Positions 32,454 to 43,400 of a stretch of 64,000 nucleotides of DNA are shown here, one piece after another; the first letter of the stretch is position 1; each line of letters opens with the position of its first letter. The translations under genes and the position numbers were made by a program. The notes under the pieces were generated by a model. It searched no databases. It was not told where the DNA came from and saw only the letters and a program-made list of their open reading frames with translations. This DNA is from Histomonas meleagridis 2922-C6/04-290x (Eukaryota; Protista; Parabasalia): NCBI GenBank assembly GCA_020184695.1, contig JAANOX010000093.1, positions 79,370 to 143,369 of the forward strand, written 5' to 3'.

Positions 32454-33659
32454 AACATTTTTTGCATTATAATCAATATCTCTAAACTTAAAAGTATATT
32501 CAATAACTTCAATATTTCCGGATAAAACAGAATTTAATAAAATATTTTTAGGTAAATTAGAATTCTTTAGTGCATATTTCATTAATATATATATATTACC
32601 ATTCTTTGCAGATTCTTGAACCATCATTTCATTAATGTTTAGTCCTTCATTTTCCAAGAAAAACAATATATCATAATTATCATATTCAACACAAAGTTTC
32701 CCGAGTTCATTTATATCTTTCATTTTGGAAATTTGAAATTCAGAAAGATAAAAAAATATTTCGTTTCGGTGAAACATAATAGCAGTTTCATACGCTTCTT
32801 CAAATGTTGCAGCGTTTTTTGAACATAATTGGATAATTTCATGATTTTGACCTGCAACTGCAAATTTTCCTGTGTTTGTAACAGTTGCTCCATTTTCTAA
32901 AAGAAATTGAAAACATTTAATCGATCCAAAGAATGCTGCATAATCAATTAATGAAATATTAAATTGATTAACAAAAGAATGTCTTTCATATAAAGATGGT
33001 TCAATATTTTGATTCAAATTAAAATTCATTTGTGATGAAATTTCACGAAGTTTTTTAAAATCATCATTTTTAATGATTTGTGCAATTTTAGTTGAATTTG
33101 TTCCTTCATTAACATAAATTTTATGAAGTGCCCAATTATCTTTAGAGAGTTCTTCTATATTTGCTAAAAATTGCTTACTAAAAGGAACGCGTTTTAATTG
33201 AAGAATCTCATCATACTTCATGTGATGTGAAAATAACAAAGATTGTTTTGATTTAAGAAATGTCTCATCAATAAGTTGATTTTCATACATTTTTTCTAGA
33301 ATAAATTTTACTTCTTGTGAATCTATTTTATTAATAAGTTGCAAGAAAATTTTAGTTATCTTTTGATCATAATGAACTGCTTCTCCTTCAATAGATTCCA
33401 TCGCTAATAAATATTTAATAAAAATATTATAATCTTTGTTTTGTGAAATAATTGCTGTATAAACTAATCGGCAAATAGCTAATCTGAATGAATATGGGTG
33501 AATTGCATCAAAGTAATTACAAGTTGATTTTGCAGATTCTTCAATGTTATCATCAGTTAATTCGAAAATTATTTTCTGTAATGACCTAAGATTCTTTATA
33601 TAATTGCCTTCAAGATTCTCTTGAGAGTTCATGCAAAATGATTTTAAAATTGAATACAT
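30537..33659 (-). CDS. DUF3447-type ankyrin-repeat protein; gene continues past the ORF stop at 32451 as 11 spacer-separated ankyrin blocks (putative non-canonical introns)
   Basis: ORF 32451-33659 is followed by stop-free blocks starting at 32393, 32223, 32053, 31883, 31713, 31543, 31373, 31203, 31033, 30863 and 30692. The last block runs on into a natural ankyrin C-cap (ASTLTDNPEIIQLLRLKKFMSSK*). Confidence 0.72.
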
Positions 33660-33942
33660 TACTTTATATAAATGTCAAATGCAACTTCTTTTTGGAAATT
33701 GAAAAGTTTATATGTGAACTGAAACAATTTACGCTCAGTTTAAACAGGGAATGTTCTCGTTTAAACAAAATAGTTAGCACACATATGAGCACATTCACAA
33801 AGCTTGTTTTTTTTTTTTTTCAAGTAGTGTGTTCGTTTCAGAAATTTAGATTAATTAAAATATATTTTTTTAATTAAAACACATTATACATCAAAAGTTT
33901 TTGAATATAATTATTACATATAATATTAATCCGATAGCATTT

Positions 33943-34803
33943 TTATACAATATTTTTGGAGATCTTAATCCGCTCCTGTTCGCGTAGAATCCATTCCTTT
34001 CCGAGAAATTCTATAAAAAATTGGTGCGTTAAGCATTGTTCAGCGCGTGGTCGTTTGTTTGGGTCCTTATTGAGCATTTGCGAAATCAATGCTCGCAAAG
34101 AAAAAGGATAGTTTTTCCATTCCTTTTCTTGGAAACTAAGCCTTATATTGGCTGCATCTTTTCGCATTTCTTCGATTTTTTTGAGAACAAGTAGTTCTTT
34201 CTTTGTGATAAGATAGAAAAATGTGGCACCTAGAGACCATATATCTGATTCAAGACCGTGCGGCTGAAGAGATAATAACTCTGGAGATGAGTATGTGTAG
34301 GTCATTGCGTGACAACGACATAGATGATCTATTGAATTTAATTTGTTAGCATGCCCAAAATCAATGATCTTTGGTTGAGGATCATCAAAGTCATTGATTT
34401 TAAGAACAATATTACCAGGTTTAATGTCTCCATGGAGAATTGACATAGAATGAAGATATTCAATCCCTTCGAGAGTTCTGAACATAATTTTAGCAATAGC
34501 TAATGGGTTAGATATCTTAATGTCCAAGAGTGAACACCTTGCTCTTGGCATCAAAAGAACTCTGAATTCTTGAAAATCAAAAAAATCAAATAAAGGCATA
34601 ATGTATGGGTGCCTTAAAGAACTCTGTATTGAGCATTCTCTTTCTATTCTTTCTTCTGTCGTGTTTTTGTGATTAATAAGTTTAATTACCATCTTTTGAG
34701 ATGTAAGAGGAGCTTGCACTGCATACACAATAGAGTTTTGTGTCCGATCGATAGGTACCATCAATCGAAAGTGTTTTATACGAGAAGGTGGGTTAGACTG
34801 CAT
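33943..34803 (-). CDS. Ser/Thr protein kinase (CAMK-like, degenerate Gly-rich loop)
   Basis: MVIK, ECSI, HGDIKPGN, IIDFG, YSSPE, DIWSLG and KRPRAEQCL. Confidence 0.9.
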   Translation of the reverse strand: MQSNPPSRIKHFRLMVPIDRTQNSIVYAVQAPLTSQKMVIKLINHKNTTEERIERECSIQSSLRHPYIMPLFDFFDFQEFRVLLMPRARCSLLDIKISNPLAIAKIMFRTLEGIEYLHSMSILHGDIKPGNIVLKINDFDDPQPKIIDFGHANKLNSIDHLCRCHAMTYTYSSPELLSLQPHGLESDIWSLGATFFYLITKKELLVLKKIEEMRKDAANIRLSFQEKEWKNYPFSLRALISQMLNKDPNKRPRAEQCLTHQFFIEFLGKEWILREQERIKISKNIV

Positions 34804-35691
34804 AAAAATAATTTACAGCGCATTACAGAAAAACAAAATCTTACTTCACAAAATTAAAATAGTAGAAAACTCCTTTGGAGATAGAATCATACTTTTATAA
34901 TTAAAATTTTAAAAGAAATGTTAAACCTAGAATTTGATATAAAATGTAACAAAACTAATTATATATAATAAAAAAGATATCTTTATTCTTTTTATCGATT
35001 TAAATTGTATTTAAACTGGCCATTCAGTATTCAAATTCTATGAAATAAATTTTACGGAAAATTGTTAACCGTAATTATTAAAATGTAAATATCAAGATTA
35101 ATATCTAAAATTTGATTTAATATTTCATTAAATTAAATGTAATAAATTATTGTTTTAATATTAAAACATAAAATATAATTAACATTAATGAAAAATGTTA
35201 CATGCAAGAATGAAAAAACGATAAAAATTGAATGAAGTTGGTTTTGTGCAAAGGAGGTTACCGATGGAAAATTTCATAAATTTTCGGCAAGGTTAAAAAA
35301 ACCTTATGCATATACTTAAAAATTTCATACACCTTAATGATATAATTTATTCCAATGACTTTGAAAATCTATATTTCATCAATATATAATTTTTTAATGA
35401 AGGTTTTCTACTCAACTGAAATTTGATTTCAACAACTTATTCCTCTTTTCATTTATTCATTGTTAAAGCAAAGTATCTTAGCATATCATCAGATCTGAAG
35501 ATAATAATAAAATTAAGTTTTTCTAAATAGAATTCCATTTAATTATCAAACATTACTTGCAAAAGTTTTTGTGAAGACAAAACTTTTCCTTTGTTCTGTC
35601 TTCTTTTGAAAGAATGACTTATTGCTTATCCTGCTAATAAATCATCCATGCGAAACTGTTGGATGTTTTAATGATGAAGGTCTATGTATGT

Positions 35692-36570
35692 TTACAATCT
35701 TTCCCGATTTTGCTTTACGAGGAGCAGCACAATTATTATTTTGAACACCATCAAATATTGGCATAGAATAAGCTTTGATAACTGTACTCTTTTATTTGGA
35801 TCAATATCTGTCATTGATATTATTAGTTGACAAAATTCTTCATCAGCATTTGACGGAAATAAAAGAACACCTTTTTGTATTGCTATATCTAATTCTTCAT
35901 TATTGTTAACAATCCAAGGAAGTCTTCCAAATGCAAGAGCATAAAATGTTATTCCTAGTGCCCAAATATCTGATAAAAAAGGATCGCTCTTTTGTCTTTT
36001 AATAATTTCTGGTGCCATAAAGGGACGGGAACCTGCAATATTTGATAACATTTGACCTTTTTTTATTTTTTGGCTAAGTCCAAAGTCCGAAAGTTTTGGT
36101 CTTCCATAATTATCTAATAGAATGTTTGCTGGTTTTATATCTCTATGTGCAACATTCTTTTCATGACAATAGATGAGTGCATTCATTATTTGGTAACTAA
36201 AAGAATATAATTGTGGAGGATCTAATGGACCTTCTTTCTCTATTAAATCTTTTAGAGAACCATTTTCACAATATTCTAATACAATATATAAAGTATTGTA
36301 ACTTTCATCAAAAAAAAATTCATACATTGATATAATATTTGGATGACATAAATGAAATAATGTCGTAGCTTCATTTTTGGTTTCTATAAGTTCTGTTTCT
36401 ATCTGTTTGATTCTTTTGATGCAAAATTCTTGATTATATTTAATCGATCGTACAAGAAATACTGACCCATAACCACCTACACCAATAGGCCTTACATATT
36501 GATAATGATGTTCAGGGAGGACTTTATAAACTTCTGCAAGACTAATTTGGACAACTGGATTCAGATACAT
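35692..36570 (-). CDS. Ser/Thr protein kinase (CAMK-like); C-terminal tail appears frameshifted
   Basis: GVGGYGSV, CIK, HRDIKPAN, LSDFG, GSRPFMAPE and DIWALG; ATG at 36570. Adding one base in the GG at 35760-35761 opens a more typical tail (PIFDGVQ...). Confidence 0.88.
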   Translation of the reverse strand: MYLNPVVQISLAEVYKVLPEHHYQYVRPIGVGGYGSVFLVRSIKYNQEFCIKRIKQIETELIETKNEATTLFHLCHPNIISMYEFFFDESYNTLYIVLEYCENGSLKDLIEKEGPLDPPQLYSFSYQIMNALIYCHEKNVAHRDIKPANILLDNYGRPKLSDFGLSQKIKKGQMLSNIAGSRPFMAPEIIKRQKSDPFLSDIWALGITFYALAFGRLPWIVNNNEELDIAIQKGVLLFPSNADEEFCQLIISMTDIDPNKRVQLSKLILCQYLMVFKIIIVLLLVKQNRERL

Positions 36571-37047
36571 AAAATTTCTGGTAAATTCGATGTCTTTTAC
36601 AAACCCCAGAAAAACCGACAATGATTTAAATAGAGCATCATTGAAATCGCTGCTTTTTGAATAATGGCAGTTTACCAAAAATAAAAAACAATTTTACTGT
36701 AATATAATATGAGAAAAATATGTAAAAAATGCAAAAATAATTCATTATAATAATAGTATTTTTGTAGTTTTGTACGAATTTTATTTGTCATTGAAGAGTG
36801 AAGAAATAAAAATATTTTAACCTACAATTCCAAGCAGAAAAAACATTGTTAAAATGCGTTGTATTCAACTTAACCGATTTCTGGTTTGAAAAGACCTCAT
36901 TCAATTTTTGAGGGTAAAATTTATGATCATCAATATCAGTCATTTTTTGAGAATTAACGGTCATTCCTGTAAATTTAACGTTAAATTGACCTGAATAACC
37001 GTAAAAATATCTCAAAAAGTTGGGTAATGACGGTTGAATCACTCTAA

Positions 37048-38195
37048 ATGGAAAACAAAGTAAATGAAAGTCAATTAAAACGAATTATTGAGTTCGTGAA
37101 GGCGCAAAATATTATTCGTGATTTAGATAAGAAAAACATAGAAGAATCGGCTTCGATAATATTGAATTTATTTGATAATAATTTCATGCTATCAATAAAT
37201 CTGATCATTAGTCAATTGGTTTATTCAGCTTTTTTTTCAAGGATAATTGACTATACTTTATGTTTAGAATTTATAAAAATTATTCAACAAAAAGAAAATA
37301 ATAAAACCCAAACAATTACAAATGTTTTTACTCAATTTCTTCTTGACTCAGATACACAAGACTCAAATTATTTACTTGAAAAGATGATAGAAACTTATAT
37401 TATAAATTCAGATATCGTTAAGAACAAAAACCCCTATATTTATACATTATAAAGCCAAAAACGATATCAAACTTTCAATCAAAATCTACAATTTTATAAT
37501 GAGATAAATGATAATATTGAAGAAATATCAAAGAATGATTGGGAACTTCATAAGAAGTATATTAAAGAAGGAGTTAATAAGAATGAATTATCAAAAATAA
37601 TTCGAAATGATGAAATAGAAAAACTTCAAGAAATATCATCACAAACAAATTTTAATATTATTCAAACAATTGAGCCATCATTTTACGAAAGATGTTCATT
37701 TGTTAATGATTATAATGTTACATTAATTGATTATGCAGCATTTTTTGGATCAATTAAATGTTTTAAATATTTACTTATGAATGGTGCAAAATTAGAAAAC
37801 ACAGGTAAATATGCAGTTGCAGGTGGAAATGAAGAAATCATTTATTTATGTGGGCAGAATTATTCAACATTTCGAAATGCATATTACACAACGATTATTT
37901 GTCATCGAAATGATTTTCAAAACCATGATTTTCTATAGAAAATTTGATGATGGACTTAAAAATATACTTGCAATTAAATGAATTGAATCAAATAATTATA
38001 TTCTTCTATCATTTCTTGAAGATAATGATTTCAAGATTAAAGATTAAAGGAAATGAAGAAATTATTAAAATACTTTCTCAAGATGGTATTGATATAAATG
38101 AAAAAACATTTTTTTGTATAATTTAATAATCATTTAAAATATTTTATGTAATTAAATACTATTTGGAATTCAATTAATTGACTTCTAACGGCACC
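37048..38195 (+). pseudogene. DUF3447-type ankyrin pseudogene with one remnant spacer unit
   Basis: Frameshift near 37440, then NDWELHK, IIRNDEIEKLQ and LIDYAAFFGSIKCFKYL; stop at 37937 and an internal deletion. Remnant GIDINEKT + about 76-nt spacer with TTTGGAATT (38162) + ACGGCA. Confidence 0.8.
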
Positions 38196-38711
38196 TGCAA
38201 GAAATAACGAGCCCAAAAAAAGCACAAAATTAATTCAAAAGAAAAAAAAAAATTAAAACCGTAGTAAAAAAGTCGAAATAATTTTTATATACGTATATGC
38301 ATTAATGTATGATACATCTGAAGAAAATTGGTTTAATAAAAATTAAAAGAATTTTATAAATAATTTAAATTTTGAAGAATTTGTTGAGCTTCATATATAA
38401 AGTAGTAAATAGAAGAGAGAAGATTTTTATATGAACCTGTATGATTTTATTTAATAATAGATCGTAATTACATTGAAAAAACAGGTGAAACTTTAAATTA
38501 ACGAAAATTCCTTGAACACTGAAAAATTAAACATGTCTGTTCGAAATAATTTGAATGGCTTTGTTTGCTAAAAGAACGTTAATATATAACCGTTCAAAGA
38601 TGTTGAGCCAGGCACCCCTACGGTTTTTACTTCACCTGGGATATTTTTTGTTGTGCACAACAACACTTTAATGCTGAGTGGTAGCGTAACTCATGAAACA
38701 ATAAATATCAG

Positions 38712-38900
38712 AATGAATGGGAAGTGTTACTCGTGATCAAGAAGCTAGTTTTTGATTTGAGTGAAGAAAATATCACTCAGTCAGCAAAAGCGATAATTGA
38801 CAAATTTGAAAAAAATCATAATAATTATTATCCATATGATATATACTTTATTTGTTCTAAGGGGGAAAGATTTTGATTTATATTTGAAATTTTTAAACAA
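38712..38900 (+). pseudogene. 5' fragment of another DUF3447-type ankyrin gene
   Basis: NEWEVLLVIKKLVFDLSEENITQSAKAIIDKFEK matches the N-termini of the 5668, 29513 and 33659 genes. Confidence 0.6.
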
Positions 38901-40427
38901 CAAAATTTTTCGATTTAATATATGAAACTTGATCAAAAAATTAGTGATTAATATGTAAGTCACAAAGCCCACAAACTCAGTGAAATTGGCCGTAACTTTT
39001 TGATTATTTAAATGGCCATATATAATAAATGTCGTTTTACTTCAATCAAATTTGTATGCATTTTATTGGTATAGGAAGCCAAATAAATGCTCAAATGCTC
39101 ATCAATTCATTCAAAATCCAACCATAATAATAGAAAAACCTTTATCAACAACAAAACGATACGTATCACCCGGGCGACCGTTCATTCGTAATCGTTTTAC
39201 CAAGATTTAAATGTAAATTGAATTAAAAGTGATGTTTGGGGCTTAAGACATCTAGGCAATGTCAACCCTAATCTGTTAATGGATTAGAACGGTTCTTCAT
39301 CGTCACAAAATAAACGGTTTCTATTTATATCGTTATTGGGTACCCCATGTATCACTTTTCTTTAACCTCAAAAATTTTCTTGTAGGTCATTAAGGACAAG
39401 CTGAGTATATAGCTACATATAGCCAGAAACGTTTTTAAATAAACTCTTTTATTGCCACCTGAAATTCTAAAAATATGGCAAGCACGTATGCAAAAAAATG
39501 TGCTAAAAAGTGACTTTTTTCACCACAAAAAACTCTATCGGAGCAGTTATTATCGTGATCACAAAAAGTTGTTTTAATATAAAAGTGACTTTTTTCATTC
39601 TTCACCTAAAACATAATAAAATGGAGAACGTTAAGTCACTTCACGTTTTCATAAATAAAATTCCATTAAGGATGTATTGAACATGCGTGCCAATCGATGT
39701 AACGTGGTTTTTCCCGCAAAAATTTTAATTTGCATAAAATACTCCATGTGCCATTCGAATCTAGGACCATTTTGAAGAAAAAAAAAACGTTGAAAAAACG
39801 TTAAAAAACGTTGATAGAGAACAGTTCATTTGTCAATTTTTGAATAAGTTTTTGCGTTTTTGGATTTGCTTCACGCATGTTTTGATTCGAAAAGATTGCT
39901 TGTTAATACACTGGTAATCAATGTAGGTATCATTACGCCGATTTTACAAATGTAAAAATAGGTTGTTACTTATTGGAGATAACTTTTGCAAAAGTAAAGG
40001 ACATTCAATGGTGTTCAAAAAAATCTCATTCAAAAAGTAAGTATAAACTTCACGAAATTGTATTCTGAGATTATCGTACATCAAGGTGAAGGTGATGGAT
40101 TTTGGATAATAATCAATAAGAAAAAGGATTTTCAGAAAAAATAATTTAAAAAAAATTTTCATTTCGCCTGCTTTTCCTTCATTGTTGTATGAGTATAATA
40201 TAAAAAACCAATAACAGATGTAAAATCAATGAAGAAATTAATATTAAAAATTTTTGGATAAATAAATTTTAGATAACCCACAATGTTGTTTGTTCTTGGG
40301 TATGTTGATCGAGTTGAAATTTTAGTTTTCTTTATGGATGGAGAAAAAAAATACCATTAATCTACCACTTTTCAATCAAACGATTTGTCAATCAACCACT
40401 TTTCAATAGGAAACCACAAACAAAAAA

Positions 40428-43400
40428 ATGAGTGGCTTTGAGAACTTTGCGACATGCATTTCAAGGTACAAAATCAAAGAACTTTCTGAAATTATACCCG
40501 AAGAGAAAGTATCCTCTATTCTTGACTTAAGTGGGTTTTATATCCAACGAACAAAAATACATTTGCAAAGACTCCTTCCTGTGCTTCAAATGATTCACGA
40601 ATTGATTCCTAAGGTAGTAGAAGGTCCCCAAACTATGATATCATCATATTATAAGAGGATTACATGCTTGGCAGGAAATCTTAAAAATTCAGCAGCTGAG
40701 CAGGATAAATTATTACCTCCAGAACTTGCGTGTTTTGGTATTGTTTCAGAAGCGTTCGGTTATTTAGGTCAATTCCACGAATATATCCCAAAATTAATTT
40801 CTCAATCAGAATCAACTAAAATGGCTTCATACGTTCCTGCTTTACTGGAATCTCTTGAAACAGTTTCAGCAACATTCAAAAAGGCTCTAGACTTGATTCC
40901 AAAATGTGAGCAATATTCAATGGAAAAGTCACCAAAAGTTGATCTTACTCAACATCCTTATGCTCATACTGCAGCGGCTATTATCAATATCACCGAAAAT
41001 TCAGTTGTAGATTTCAATTTCTTACTTCAAAATGATTCAATTCAATCATCACCTCAACACCAACAATTACTCCAAATGTGGGCAGGATTTCTTTTCCAGT
41101 TTACTGACGCCGTTTTTTCACAAGCTTTACAAGATTCATCAACTATTAATGCAGTTTTATCAACTCTTTCTGCCATAACTCCAAACCTAATCTCAACGGT
41201 TGCTTCTATACAAAGCTTTGCCGAAAGCTCAGATGAGCTTGCTTCAATTGCTGTCAATGCAATCATTTTAACAAATCTCTTAAATGTTATTGAATCAGCA
41301 GAATCAATGGCATCTGTGAAATCCATAATCACGAAAGCACTTTCTGCATATAGCAATACAGAAGATATGAACACATATTCCGAAGACCTCAACAAAATGC
41401 TTGACTCATTTACAAAAAGTGCCAACAGTTTTGATCCTTTAATTGTCAAAACCGCCCAAGCAACGATATCAGACAAAATCAAAAATGGTAAAGAGAATCC
41501 AAAACTTGCAGCCATTTCAGCCTTCCAAATTGTTCGTTCATTTTTACAAACGACATCTGATTCTGAAACAAGTGAATTTCTTTTAATTCAAACAGCGATA
41601 TTTGAGAACCAAATTGTCCGTAGCTTACTTCAAAGATCACACCAAATCTCTAAAGGCATCAAGCAGTTATATGAATCCAATTTAATTGAATTCAATGAGC
41701 AAGCATTAGGTCAAATTAATTACTTCACTACAATTCTTCTTTCTATTCCCGACATTTCTACTGATGATCCAAATTACCAAATCTTAGTTAAATGTATTGC
41801 AGGATGTATAACATCAATTCCAATTGCACTTGGCAGTTTAAAGGAAGAATGTGCAAATGAAGAATTACAAAAGACAATTGATGAATATATCAAATTATCT
41901 GAAGAAATATCTGATGAATTCCTTAAGTTATCACATGAACTTATAATGTGTATCATGACTGTCGTTATAATGCGTGCAAGTGTTGCAAGCACAACATTAT
42001 CATTCCTTAAGATGTCAAACATAAAACTTCCAGATGAAATTAATGAAATTTCAAACACATTACGTCTTTTATTGAAAGAAATTCCACAACTTTTATTATG
42101 CGACTTACAAAAAGCAATGTCAATTAAAGATTGTTTAGTACAATTATCATTATCAATTGGTAGTTTTAGAGAATCATTGAAATCAATTTCATCTGATTCA
42201 CCACTTATTAAAATAGCTGAATCATCAATCTCAATATTCACTAAACCAATTCCTTCACTTACAAGTTCATTAAATCTTTATTTAGACTTCCAAAGAAGTG
42301 ATACTTTTGTATCTGCTTTAGTAGGTTTAATTTCAGCATCATATAAAAACATTCAAAATTCGCCACATGAAATTGAACAAAAGCCAGAATCAACAATTGA
42401 TAAATTGGCTACATCATTCTCACAATTAGCTACAGCATTTGGAATGGCCGAAAAAGCAGGACAAGAAGGAGAATCTGTTTCAAGTATCTCACAAGCAGCA
42501 AAGCAAACTATGGATTCTATTTGGAAATTATGCGTTGATTTAGCTAATGGTAATCCAGTTGATATAGCACAATTAAAGCAATATCTTCAAGTTCTAAATG
42601 ATGTTTTAAGTAATGTCGTAAATTCACATAAATTACGTATGCCATCAATCGAATGCGATATGCCTGAAGAAATTAAACAACTTAAGAAATATGAAGCAAT
42701 TGCAAATTCACTTGCACCTCCTCTGAAAGATGTTGCAACCGATTTATTAAAGAAACATAAGAAAATGGATGATCCATTCTCGAAAGATATACTTAAGAAT
42801 TGGTTTGAAACTGTTAATGAAGAATTTGATGCTAATTCAGCACCTGATGAATTTGCTAAAAGTATATCTGATATGCTACGAAATGATAGTCCTACACAAG
42901 ATCAAATTAACGCATTTATGAAAGATTTCTCAAAGATGTCTGTTGCCATATTTAATGAACATTATGGAGAACCTTATGACAGTATGATACGAAAATGTCA
43001 TGATGATATCATTGATTTAATACAAAAATTCTATAAATCTGGATTCAAAGATAAATCAGCATTATTAGAAATGTATGCTAAATTGCAACAAATTATTGCT
43101 ATTAAGAAATTATTATTACTATCTGAAAATGAAAGAAATGAATTATACAAACAAGATTTAGAAAGATTATTAAAGTATTTACATACTGTACGTTCTAAAA
43201 CAACCGATTCTACTTATGATGAAATAGGTGAAACTTTAAGATTATTAAAAGAAGTTGAAATGTTATTATTTATGAATGGTACTAAAGCTGAAGAACTTGA
43301 AAAGATGCTTAGTGATTTATATAAGACTTTAACTAATAAAGAATTTAACTTTGATATCATAACAGAAGCAATTCGTTCATTTACTGAAAAGCATTTACTT

